Positions 13,386 to 24,872 of a DNA stretch of 64,000 nucleotides are shown here, one piece after another. The notes below the pieces were generated by a model, which was not told where the DNA came from, did no database searches, and worked only from the letters and a program-made list of their open reading frames with translations. Source of the stretch: Camelus ferus (Eukaryota); contig NC_045698.1 of the NCBI RefSeq assembly GCF_009834535.1, positions 10,294,001 through 10,358,000 on the forward strand, written 5' to 3'. Position 1 is the stretch's first letter. Each line of letters starts with the position of its first letter. Made by a program: the position numbers and the translations under genes.

Positions 13386-14774
13386 CAGTGTCTCCCAAGC
13401 CACCTGTAATATACGAGGGAGGTGTTAGGAAAACGAACAACCAGCGGAAAAACACATTTCTGCTTTTGTGTGTATCATGCATTTTAGACACGTGTTTGTT
13501 TCTCCTGGTGGATGTTAAGTTACTTGAAGACTGGAACCCTGTCTCACTTATCTTTGTCCTCTGCCTCCCAGACTTAGCCTACAGTCAGCTTGTAGAACAA
13601 ATGATGTCTATTTCTAGCACATCATTCTGAGATTTCATGATAGAGGACGTAGCTCCATTTTCAAATATAGCAAAAGCATGATTATTTTCATCCATTCATA
13701 CTCCGACTTCATTCTCAAAATTAGGTCCCAAGTTAATTGATAATTACCTTTGAAATGTGTGGGTTAGTTGAGGCAACCAGGTGGTGACATTGAATTCTCA
13801 GCCAGAGTTTATTTCTGGAGTTGATTCAGTGACCTTGAGCTGGTTTTTGTTCACTTGATGCCCAGAAGCCATGGTTTCCCAGGAAGGATCATTCTCATTT
13901 GAATCCAGCTGTGATTCTTGCTGGGTTAAGTAAAGAAGCCTTTTGGTTCTGCTTCTGCAAACTTACACACTGAACTGGGACAAGTTTTTGTTTGGGGTAG
14001 TGCCTGGGAAAAGAGGAACCTTTCATTTTATTCAGACGTCCAAAAGAAAGGCCTCCAACCACCTGGAGATTTTTGGGTCCCAGCATCCCAAGCTGGCTTC
14101 ATTTTCATGCCTAATGGTCAGGCAGGCAGAGCTCCTTCTCTCCACTCTGGCCGGTGCCCGGCCCTCCCCGGAGAGGCAGAGCCAGAGCCAGGGGCCCTTG
14201 CCTGGTGGCCATGGGGGGTCACCGCTCCTTGAGTGTGCAGCTTTCCCCGCTGCCTCCCCTGCTGTCCTCGCTGAGTTTGAAAACGATACAGTGCATTCTC
14301 CACCAGCCACTGCTTCAAGGGCCCAGATCCCTTTCCTCTCCTTTCCCTGTGAAGAAGCAACCAGGTACCTGGTGGTTAATTCAGGAAAATTGACTTCAGG
14401 TGCCCCGTGCCCCTGATGGGGACCCGCTGCCCTCTGAGGGACTTTGTAACCACCTGTGGTTGCAGCACAGACCCATTCACGACGCCTGGCTTTGCAGAGA
14501 AGGCCTCTTTCCGTTCTGCACGGCGTGGCTCTCTGCAGGGCGTGGATGTAGTCCTTCTCTGAGTGATCCCAGCCTCTCCAGCACTGGGTTCCTCCACATC
14601 CCTTTTGTCTCCTGTGTAGAGGTCTCTCAAGTTTGGTTCCCAACTTTCCTGCCTTTAATTTTGACCTTCTCAGCAGTGTTTTTGCTGATGACCCATCTCT
14701 CTCCATTCTCTAAAATGGTCAGCTTTTTTGTTCATTCCTGTATATGTGTGATGCCTTTAAACGTATTTCCCAAC

Positions 14775-15590
14775 TTTTTTTTTTTTAACTTTTTATTTTG
14801 AAATAGCTATAATCATAGAAAGTGGGGGAAAAAAATAAACGAGGAGGTCCCTGCATCCTGCTCCCAGCCTCCCCCAGCGGTCACATCTCGCATGACCACA
14901 GTGCACTGTCAAAGCAGAAAAGTGACTTTGCTACACTCCCCAGAGCTTGTTCTGGTTTCCCCAGGTGTGCTTGCACTCGTGTGTGTGCGTGTGCATATGT
15001 GTGTGCTTAGTTTCATGCGGATTTACTGTGTGTAGATTCCTATAACCCCTACCACGTGCAGAGTCGTGTAAGATCACCCATCACCAGCGGGCTCCCTCCT
15101 GCCGCCTCCTTCTCTGTGCTCCGTCCCTACCCCATCTCTAACCCCTGGCACCCTGGCAACCCCTCGTCTGTTGTTCTCCATCTCTGTAATTTTATTTCAC
15201 AAATGTTACATAAATGGAATCATATAATATGTACCTTTTTGAGACTGGCTTTTTCTACTCAGCAAAATTCTCTCGAGACCCACCCCTGTTGTTGCTTCAT
15301 TTCTGAGTTGTGCTTCATGGAGTGAATATGTCATGCTTTCCTGAACCATTTACCCTTTAAAGGACACCTGGGATATTTTTTAAGTTTTGACTGTTGCAGA
15401 AGAGAAGCTGTGGACCTTCATGTACAGGTTTTTGCAGGAAACTTAGGGTTTCATGTCTCTGGGATAAATGCCCAGAAGGTCAATTGCTAGGTCTTTTGGC
15501 AAATGCTTACTGTTCTGAAAGAAACGGTCAAACATTTCCAGAAAGGCTGTAGCATTTTACATTTCCACAAGCAACGATGAGTGATCTCTA
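14775..15590 (-). mobile_element. Old L1M (L1MC/MD-like) 3' end
   Basis: Poly-T then ttttattttgaaatag; aatgttacataaatggaatcatataatatgtacctttttgagactggcttttt; ctctgggataaatgcccagaag...attgctagg. Confidence 0.75.
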
Positions 15591-16063
15591 GCTTTTTAAA
15601 ATCTCAGAAGTTCAGGATTGCTTTGATATGTTTGTCAGTGAGAAAGGTTAAGATCAAATGCATAATATTTGGGGATGTAAGGTTTACCTTATATAATCAA
15701 ATCTCAGTTTTTATGTTTAACATTCAATTCTTTGGTTGAACTCTCTGAAAACACTCTTAAATGTTTGATTTCTTTAGTTTATTATCTGGTATAGATACAA
15801 ACGAGCAATTAAGTGGCCGAAAGCAAGAGGAAACTAAGGACCTAGAGCCATCTACTACGTCATTGGCCCTTGCAAGACTGAGCATTAGATTTGACTTAGG
15901 ACATTCTGCTGGTTTAGCAACTATGCCTTCACATAGATTGTGGTATCCGGTTGTTTTTATTTTTAAACTGATGGTCTTCCTGTAGGTGGAAATATAAAAA
16001 AAAAAAAACTATAATCAATTATATTTTCTTTCTGTAGAAATGGAATTTTTTCTAACAATGTAT

Positions 16064-16443
16064 CTTTTAAATTGAAGTATAGTTGATGTACAGTATTATG
16101 TTACAGGAATACAATATAGTGATTCACAATTTTTAAAGGTTCTACTCCATGTATAGTTATTATAATATATTGGCTCCATTCCCCATGTTGTACAGCACAT
16201 CCTTGCAGCTTATTTTATACCTGATAGTTTGTACCTCTTAATCCTCCACTTCCACCTTGCCCCTCCCTCTTCCCCTCCCCAATGGCAACTACTAGTTCCT
16301 TCTCTACATGTGAGTCTGTTTCTTTCCTGTTATATTCACTAGTTTGTTGTATTTTTTTAGATTCCACATGTTAGTTATATCTTAGAGTATTTGTCTTTGT
16401 CTGACTTATTTCACTTAGCATAATGCCTCTGAGTCCATCCATG
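16064..16443 (-). mobile_element. L1 3' end (laurasiatherian type)
   Basis: aattgaagtatagttgat...tagattccacat...gtatttgtctttgtctgacttatttcacttagcataatgcc. Confidence 0.85.
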
Positions 16444-16499
16444 CCATACACCAGAAACTAATACAACATTTTAAATCAACTGTACTTCAGTTAAAAAGC

Positions 16500-17021
16500 A
16501 AAGAAACAGCCCATTTAAAATATGGGCAGAAGAACTGAACAGACATTTTTCCAAAAGAGGAAATGCAGATGGCCAACAGGAACAAGAAAAGCTGCTCAAC
16601 ATCACTGATATCAGGGAAATGCAAGTCAAAACCATGCCTGTCAGAATAGCCATCATCAAAAAGAACACAACAAATGTTGGCAAGGATGTGGAGGAAGGGG
16701 AACCCTTGTACACTGTTGGTGGGAATGTAAATTGGTGCAGCCACCGTGGAAAACAATACGGAGGTTTCTCAAAAACCCCTAAACAGAACCACCATATGGC
16801 CCAGCAGTTCCATTCCTGGGCATACGTCCAAGAAAAACAAAAACATTAATTCAAAAAGATACATACACCTTGCTATTAACAGCAGCATTTTTTATAATTG
16901 CCAACATATGGAAGCATCCTAAGTGCACATCAATAGGTGAATGGATAAAGAAGATGTAGCACATATATGCAGTGGAATACAACTCACCCATAAAAAAGAA
17001 GGCTATTTTACCATTTGTGGC
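16500..17021 (+). mobile_element. L1 ORF2 C-terminal fragment
   Basis: Degenerate ORF2 C-terminus ([24 protein letters not shown]); gaatggataaagaagatgt. Confidence 0.88.
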
Positions 17022-17094
17022 CCTTTAGTCACTGTTTAGTTTGTTTTGTTTTTTGCACTTCAAAAACCAGAATTTTGTAACTGGCATAAATATT

Positions 17095-17395
17095 TCCATT
17101 ACATCAAAAACAACAAAATACCTAGAAATAAACCTAATCTAGGAGGTTACCGACCCTCTGAAAACTGTAAAACATTAATGAAGGAAATTGAATATGATAC
17201 ACAGAAATGGAAAGATATCTTGTGCTCTTGGATTGGAAGAATCAACATTATCAAAATGGTCATACTAACCAAAGCAGTCTGCAGATCCAGTGCAACCCCC
17301 ATCAAAATACCCACTACATTTTTCACAGAGCTAGAATAAACAATTCCAAAATTTATATGGAACCATAGAAGAACCCAAATTGCCAAAGCAGTCTT
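17095..17395 (+). mobile_element. L1 ORF2 (post-RT) fragment
   Basis: [33 protein letters not shown]...[13 protein letters not shown], a hallmark L1 ORF2p motif. Confidence 0.9.
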
Positions 17396-17454
17396 TTGCA
17401 GGTCTTTTTTTTCCTCTGTCTTCTTTTTGTTCTCTTTTCTTGTGGTTTAATGGC

Positions 17455-17606
17455 TAGAGAAGTTCCTTTAATGTTTGTTTTAAAGCTGGTTTGGTGGTGC
17501 TGAATTCTTACAGCTTTTGTTTACCTATGAAGCTTTTGATTTCTCCAAATCTGAATGAGAGCCTTGCTGGATAGGGTATTCTTGGTTGTAAGTTCTTCCC
17601 TTTCAA
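17455..17606 (-). mobile_element. L1 ORF1 3' fragment
   Basis: aaagctggtttggtggtgctgaattc...ctgaatgagagccttgctggatagggtattcttggttgtaag, the antisense of a typical L1 ORF1 C-terminal sequence. Confidence 0.75.
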
Positions 17607-17694
17607 TAGAATCTTTATTAAAATAATTAAGAAAGTATATTACAGTGTAACACATTTCCTGACTTGACCAACTGAGTGGTCCAGGGCGGGCTGT

Positions 17695-17800
17695 TCTGCG
17701 TGCCTCAGCTTTCTCACTACAGAATGGGACTAACAGCACCTTGGAGGGTTACGGACCAATTGAGTGAAATTACACACTCACCATCCTAGCTGCCAATAAA
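17695..17800 (+). mobile_element. MIR fragment
   Basis: tgcctcagctttctcactacagaatgggactaacagcacc (MIR core-like). Confidence 0.55.
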
Positions 17801-17935
17801 TCTTCCTTTTTTTCCTCCTGGCCCGTATCATAATGTACTCAACAAATAAAACAGATTTAAATATAATACACAGAAGTATAAATACCTCGGTATAAATACT
17901 TGGGTACAATCCTCATACCTTCCTTACTCATCTTT

Positions 17936-18059
17936 TTTTAGGAAAAGGAGGTAATTAGGTTTACTTATTTATTTATTTTTAACAAAGGTACTGGGGATTG
18001 AACCCATGACCTCGTGCATGCTAAGCATGCTCTCTGCCGCTGACCTATACCCTCACCCC
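17936..18059 (-). mobile_element. Young tRNA-derived SINE (camelid-type) with 20-bp TSD
   Basis: Minus strand ggggtgagggtataggtcagcggcagagagcatgcttagcatgcacgaggtcatgggttcaatccccagtacc plus A-rich tail (A box and GGTTCAATCC B box). Perfect direct repeat taccttccttactcatcttt at 17916-17935 and 18060-18079. Confidence 0.9.
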
Positions 18060-18534
18060 TACCTTCCTTACTCATCTTTGAGCAACAGGAAATGTGTCAT
18101 CTACTTCTGTTGCCCCTTCTCAGAGTAAGCACCTCACTCTGACCCATAAGGTCACAGTCAGAGCCTTTCTGAGATAAGCACAGCTCCAGCTCTGTCTCCA
18201 GCTCCAGTCCTTAGGGCGGAATAGGTGTTGTAAAGAATCTTTACTCCTGGCCCTGTCCATACTGGCATAAGTTACATTGTGCACGTCACTGACTACTTTT
18301 GTTCCCGGCCAAAGCTGCAAAATAAATGAATGATTTTTTCCACCAAGTAAATATGTGTGAAACATTTGGGTTGGCCAGTGGGCAGAGGGATGTTATTATC
18401 TAAAAAGAAAATCCTACCACAGTTTAGTTTAATTCATGTAAAACATTAATTTTTTTCTAGAGAGTGATTTAAAACTGGTTTAAATTCATGCAGTTTGTTT
18501 CTTCACGTTGACCCAATATTTTCAGGTAGAGAAA

Positions 18535-18946
18535 TTTTTAAAATATTTTTTTATTGAAGTGTATAATTAAATTACAATGTTAGTTTCTGGTGTACAGGAA
18601 AGTGATTTAGTGTTATAAATATACACATACATACACACACACACGTATTCACATACATACATATATTTTTTCAGTTTCTTTTCCATTATGGCTCATTATA
18701 AGATACTGATATAGTTCTCTTTGCTGTACAGTAGGTCCTTGTTTATCTATTTTATATATAGTAGTGTGTGTCTGTTAATCCCAAACTCCTAATTTATTCC
18801 TCCCCTCCTTTCCCCTTTGGTAACCATAGTTTGTTTTCTATATCCATGAATCTATTTTCTAGTTTATACATAAAATGTGTATTTTTTTTTCAGATTCCAC
18901 ATATAAGTGACATCATATAATATTTGTCTTTCTCTCTCTGACTCAA
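18535..18946 (-). mobile_element. 5'-truncated L1 3' end with TSD
   Basis: ttttttattgaagtg...gtttctggtgtacag...cagattccacatataagtga; direct repeat caggtagagaaa at 18523-18534 and 18947-18958. Confidence 0.85.
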
Positions 18947-19749
18947 CAGGTAGAGAAAAAATTTATGTCAATAGAGAAATTAGAAATTAGTGTAGAAAAC
19001 TGTAGGGAACTCTAATATACCCGACACGGAGTAGTCACTTAGTAGATGATTATTATATGAATGAATTATAATGTACTATCTTATCTGTATTTGTAACTCA
19101 GTATTACAGCAGGCCTTGAACATACATCCCTGAGCACTGACTCCAGATTTTATCATTTCTTATTGAAGAGTCACTTCTAAATGGAGTGTCGCAAGGTCCA
19201 CTTTAATTAGTTGTTCAGAGACTGACCTCAGTTAAGGTAACCAAGAGGTGAGGTAATACTACGGAAGTTCAGGGAATGCAACATTATAGGGCTTAAAATG
19301 CGCTGCTGGAAATGACCGTGTATGCAATCCTGTGTACTGGTTAGACTTGTTTTAGAGCGTGTTTTTAATATTCTTATTTTCTTATGTTGGCGCTCGGCTT
19401 CATAAACTAAAGGTGGGAAGGCTTCGGTTAATTGAGAGAAGACGTAAACTATCCATGTGCGTTTCTGTCTTCTGCTGCTTATTGCTGATTACTGTTACTG
19501 AAAAAGCGGTGGAAACATTGGTCACCAGCAGTGTTTTGTCAGAGGAGTTGAAAGCGGTGGGTTAGGTAGGCCCGCACAGACTGAAAGGCTCTTTTGGTTT
19601 TATTGCTTGTTTCCTGTTCCTTTTCTTTGAAGCACAAACTTCAGAACCACAGGATCAAGGACGCTTGTGCTTGCAGCTTGGGACCAGTGATGCTGATGGA
19701 CACAAGTTAATGACCAAATAGATGACGATTTTATGAGAATGAACTTACT

Positions 19750-21420
19750 TCTTTTAAATGAGTTTAAGTCTCTATCCCAAGACAAATTAGATCCTTGGGT
19801 TGTGAAAGAACTTGATAATTAGATCACCAAACTTGGTCTGTTGATCTCTGAGAAACTGTGGGAAAAGGAAGAGATGCCTGAAGGCTGAGAATGCACTTGT
19901 GTGTTTTTAAGGAGGTAGATTTCACATACTATTCAGGTCGAGGTCAGGCCTAAGCAGAGTTCTAGAAAAGATAGTCTGTAACTGCCAGGAAAGGAAGATG
20001 CAAATGAACGAGTTCTGCCAGGTGAACTTTGTTTCATTCTTTACTAGGTTTCTGACTTGAGGAAGAGTATGCAGTGAAATTAGTGAGCATTTGACCAGCA
20101 GTTGACTTTTAATTTGTACACAAGACAGAAACATGGGAGCCGAATGGCTGTGGAAAAGAATCAGCTGAGGGTGTCATTTAACACAGACCAAGGCTGTCTT
20201 TATCCCCCATACTGATCTCTGAGTGGACCCTGCCAGGAGGAAAGTGTGACAGTAAGACGTTACTCACACCCAGCACGTGAATAGGGAAGTAGTCTCCAGC
20301 CCAGACCCACAATCAGACTGGCTTGCTGATGAAGGTGGTGATGGGAGGTGGTAGACCAAGTCCTCTTAGGTGGCCCCGAGGCTGGGCAGCAGATGGTTTT
20401 AATCCCTGGTTTCACCTTCTGTGGGGGAGCAGCCTGTGCTGTCGCCGCTGTGAATAGTTATTACAACCTCTTTAGAACTTTTAGGTCCCTGTGGAATATC
20501 TGGAGAGATTTTTGCATCCAGATTCAGGCACCCTGAAAACTTATCTTTGTTGTGTTGAGAGCCATTTATCTTGAAAATGGGCAAATTGCCACAAAGCCAG
20601 GACAGACGTGGTGCTGAAGCAGAAATCATTGTGGCTGCACTAAAATCCTTGCAGGTGAGACTTTGGCCGGGGCAGGGGTTTGGTTATTAGATGACATGAG
20701 CAGGGCTTGAAGATGCTTCTGCTGTAGACCTCTGTCCCCTGCACCAAGCCTGGGAGTGGGTGGACTGGCACGGAGGGCAAGCTTATCAAAGTCTAGACCA
20801 GGGACTGCCAAGTATGTTGGATAATAAAATAGGATTCTAAAAGATCCCAGCAAGAATAATTCCAAATCTGTCACAGAAATTTCACCTGTGGGTTTTAATA
20901 TATGAGTCTGTTTTGAATCAGAAGTAGGCAGGTTACAGAGTAAGGGCCACATAGGTGGCAACAGCGTGTGTTAAAAAATGTTCATACATGTATTCATTGG
21001 CAGTGTCCACAGTAATTCCTGTCCCATTGGCTGTAAAAGCAGTGTCATAACTACGGGGACAGTCATCTTTCCTGCTCGCTGCTGCTTGGATCACGTGTGT
21101 TGCTGCCTTCAGTGCTCCAGCCCCTAGATTGAGAGGGCGGAGTGTTCAGAGGAGAGAGAGCTGGTGCTGATGCAACTGGTAGAGTTCAAGGAATAAAGTC
21201 TTGGGAAAGGAAGGGTAGACTCCAGGAGCGGGCACTGTCTCCAGAGACTTGAAGGGTTAAAGAGGAATCACACTTTGACCAACTGCTGACGTTTTTTCGG
21301 GGAGACTGGGTTGCTCTCAGAATGACCTGGAGTGGGGAGGAGATTTTCTCCAACTTGACACATCAGGGAGCATCAGCTGCTGAAGCGAGGGTGTCTTACC
21401 CATTGGGGATGTTGCGGAAT
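19750..21420 (+). mobile_element. Ancient CR1/L3 LINE ORF2 relic (discontinuous)
   Basis: From 19766 KSLSQDKLDPWVVKELDN*ITKLGLLISEKLWEKEEMPEG* aligns without gaps to the CR1 motif KSxGPDxxHPRVLxELAxxIAxPLxIIFExSWxxGEVPEDW. C-terminal traces (ERVQRRA-like, YLKG-like) at ~21110-21260. Confidence 0.65.
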
Positions 21421-22119
21421 AAAAAGAAAATTAAAAATTCTTCATCTCAGAATCTGTTTTTAGCAAATTAGACTTGATGTAAATATCTGGGTAGTTGAGG
21501 TTCCAGCACTGACCTTGATCTCTGTGTCTGCCCTGGGTCCTGGCTTCCACCCTCCAGTGCCCGATGTCCACGTGGTATCCCTCCCTAGCACGCTGGCCTG
21601 ACACGCTCCTGGTTTCTTCTCCTTTTCTCTCTTCTCTTACACATGTTGCCTTGGTTTTACTTCATGATACTGACTTTGATTTGCCTTCTGCCTGCCTCCC
21701 TCACATCCTTCATACATTTCTTTTCATCATATTAAGATATATTTTTGTCACCCCCCCCCCCCTAAAGAATAACCCAGTACTCCTGAAACCCTTACTCCCA
21801 CTCAGGTGACAGGCAGCAGTTGGCCATTTCAGGCTGCAGAGCTGCTGTTCACGGCTGGACCAGTTCCTCTGTGATCCGTGCTTCCTCTCCCTGAAACCAA
21901 ACCACGCGTTCTCTGCGTAGCGGGTGCCCTCTGAAATTCTGCCTGTGAGTCGCCCTGAAACCACCTACTTCTGCTCCGGCTGTTACACTTCCCACGCTGG
22001 TCCTTCAGCTCACCCATCCCCTTTGGTACTGAATGATTGTCTTGGTCAAAAGCAGAGGGTAGGGAAGCAGGTGCCAGTGGAAGTGGCTTCTGTTGATGAA
22101 GTGCTCATGGGACTCGAGC

Positions 22120-22265
22120 ACTTCCGCACGTCTCTGGTCATTTCACTCAGTTCTCAAACTGGCTCTGCCTGTTAGGGAAGATGTACATGGGCAAATGACT
22201 CCATGTCATAGATGAGAAAACTGAAGGTAGAGAATGCCAAGGACTTTCCCCAGGTCACATGGGGA
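22120..22265 (-). mobile_element. MIR fragment
   Basis: tccatgtcatagatgagaaaactgaaggtagagaatgccaaggactttccccaggtcaca. Confidence 0.65.
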
Positions 22266-23740
22266 CAAGGGCCCTCGTCTGGTGTGTTGTGCTCCCACCT
22301 CCAGAGGGACCAGGCTTGTGGCTTGTGTTCAGACTGTGCATCTGAGAGAGGCTGCAGCCAGAGCAGACCCCAGAGCTCGGGGCTCCGATCCAGCCACCCA
22401 CTGAGTCAGCTGGAAGTTGAGTCCTTCCCCGGGATCCCCCACCCCCACGAGTTCCTCTCAGAGCCCTCTCTAGTGAGGAAGGGGCTTTTTCAGGGGCTTT
22501 CTCCCAGCAGAACTTCAGTTCCTTCTTTGGGCTCCACTCAGCACAGGGGTGTGGGGCAGGGGCTGGGTTGGGGGTGCGCCTAGATCAGACCCAGCCGGAT
22601 GCTGGATCCGAGACCAGCCTCTCCGCATCTTTATCACAGGACTTTTCTCCCCTCAACCCCACGTGTCTTCCTAGCCCAGCCTTCTCTGTGGATCTTTGTG
22701 TGTGGGTAAGTCTGTGTATACCTGCACCCGATTCTGGGCTGAGTCCAAGTTCTGAGTGCTCCTGGCCACAGCTCACATGGCCTCTAGGGGGCAGTGTAGC
22801 CTAACTTTGGCCGCCTGGCCATCCCCTGGCTGTGGGCATGATTCTCCTAGAAGCAGATTCCATGCTGCTGAGAACATGGATAGAATGCAACTCCCCTCTT
22901 GCTGTCGGGCAAAAATTTATCTTTTTATTGTAAATTAATGGCATGCACAAAGTTCAATCTTTTTCACCCTTAGGAAGTCGATGATAAAAGTATCACAGAT
23001 GTCCTAGAGACTTTTTCTCATTTATTTATTCAAAGATTATTTTAGGCAGCATATGTACTACTTTAAAGGCTTAAAAATAGGTTTTGTGTGAATCGTACTG
23101 CTGTTATGATATGCCTCAGTTCATCGTCAGTTGACTTTAGAAATGGCCTTTCTCTGACATGTTCCTTTCCAAATTAAATGAGAATATTTCCTGTAGGACC
23201 AGACAGGAATTTTAAAGGGGCAGAGGAACTTTGGGCATTTGAATCATGGGTTTAAATGTAGCCTTGCTCCATCTACCGCGGTTATTTTTCCCTTTTCAAC
23301 TCTGTGAACCCCGGATCCATCCCTGTGGCCTCCTCTACAGCTCAGCCCCTTGCTGGTTCCGCAGCTGGCCGGGCGGTGTGCACCCTCCAGCATGGATGTG
23401 TTTGGAGATGTCCAGGGTGTTGAGGGAATAAGTTGGTTCTTTCAAAGCTTACCAGGAGAAAAGAACAGGGTCTGAACCATAAATACTCATGGCCCTTCCC
23501 AGAATGAAGTGGAGTTGAGTTCTGTAGAATCTAATGGACTAGTTTCAGCACCTTTTCCTCATACTACACTATTTTCTAGGTGTAAAAAGACTTAAAGGTG
23601 GGATAATGTTAAGTTTACCAGACCAAGTGACGTATTTTGAACAACTGGGAGGAACCTGGACGTTTGAAAAATATCCAGAGAAGGAACACTTTTAAAACTT
23701 TGTGATTCTTACTAGAATTTTACAAGAACAAAACTATTCT

Positions 23741-23965
23741 AGTGGCTAACGTTTACTTATTTCTTTACTCTGTGTGTATCGTCTTGTTTAGTCTTCTCAG
23801 CAGCTCTCTACAGTAGGCATTATTATCATGCCCATTTTACAGATGAGAACACTGAGACATGGACCCCAGTAAATAAGTTGCCCAGGATCACACCCTAGGA
23901 AATGTTAAGTCAGGATTTGAACTCAAGCAATCTGGCTTCAGAACCCATGCTCATAATCATTGTCC
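23741..23965 (-). mobile_element. MIR (near full length)
   Basis: cccattttacagatgagaacactgag...ttgcccaggatcacac...caggatttgaactcaagcaatctggcttcagaaccc. Confidence 0.85.
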
Positions 23966-24015
23966 CATATTACCTCTTATGAGAAGTATTTTGTTTTAAT
24001 TATTTATCGAGATAT

Positions 24016-24474
24016 TTTTTGTTGAGGTGTAATTGACACATTATGTTGGTTTCAGGTATATTGCATAATGATTCAATATCTGTATATATGGTGAAACGAT
24101 CACCACAGTAAGTCTAGTGAACACTCATCGCCCCACATGTAGTTACAAATTTTTTGGTTGTGATGCAGCTTTGAACATCTACTCTCTTAGCAACTTTCAC
24201 ATATGAAATATGACAACGTGCTGGACCTGGAGGGCATTATGTTAAGTGAAATAAATGTCAGACAGAGAAAGACAAATACTGAATACCCTCGCTTAAATGT
24301 GGAATCTGAAAAAACGAAACAAACAAAAAACCGAACTCATGGATAAGGAGAACAGGTTGGTGGTTGCCAGGGTGGGGCTTGGGGGTGGGGGTAAAGGGGG
24401 TCTAATGGTCCAAACGTCCAATTATAAAATGGGTAAGTCCTGGGCTGTAATGCACAGCATGGTGTGCATAGTCA
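24016..24474 (-). mobile_element. L1 3' end with 5' inversion (24016-24212 minus, 24214-24474 plus)
   Basis: Antisense 3' terminus (...atctactctcttagcaactttca) abuts the sense ORF2-end/3' UTR (ggacctggagggcattatgttaagtgaaataa...cacagcatggtg). Confidence 0.8.
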
Positions 24475-24554
24475 GGGAGCATCTGCTATTGCCATAAAGA
24501 TGGGTAAAAAGCACACCTGTCCCCTGTGCCTCGGGCCACTTCCAAGAGTCAGGT

Positions 24555-24872
24555 TTTGTTGTTTTTGTTTTTATTGAGGTAACATTGATTTATAACATTA
24601 TATAAATGTCATGTGTACAACGTCGTATTTCTCCTTCTGTGTCCCCTACGCAGATGTAATTTCCATCCATCACTGCATGGCTGACCCCCTTTACCCTTTT
24701 CTCCCTCCTAGCCCCTAGCCCCTGCCCTATAACTGCTGCTCTATTCCCTGAATCTGCGTGTTCCTGTTTGGTTTGGCTTCTTCTTCTATTTTGTTTTTTT
24801 GTTTGTTTATTCGTTGTTGTTTTTTTTTTTCACATATAAGTGAAATCAGATGGCATTTGTCTTTCTCTGTCC
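24555..24872 (-). mobile_element. L1 3' end fragment
   Basis: tttttattgaggtaacattgatttataac...cacatataagtgaaatcagatggcatttgtctttctctg; possible degenerate TSD ccaagagtcagg / ccaaagaatcag. Confidence 0.75.

Noticed and set aside
13943..14801. Long intronic ORFs (224 aa minus, 157 aa plus)
   Set aside because: No recognisable domain, overlapping frames on both strands, non-ATG starts allowed in the track; expected in GC-rich intron.
16487..17386. L1 ORF2-like ORFs as an active retrotransposon or host gene
   Set aside because: Short, frameshifted, rearranged fragments without EN/RT cores.
17985..18059. tRNA gene
   Set aside because: The A/B boxes belong to a SINE with an A-rich tail and TSD; I could not build a complete cloverleaf.
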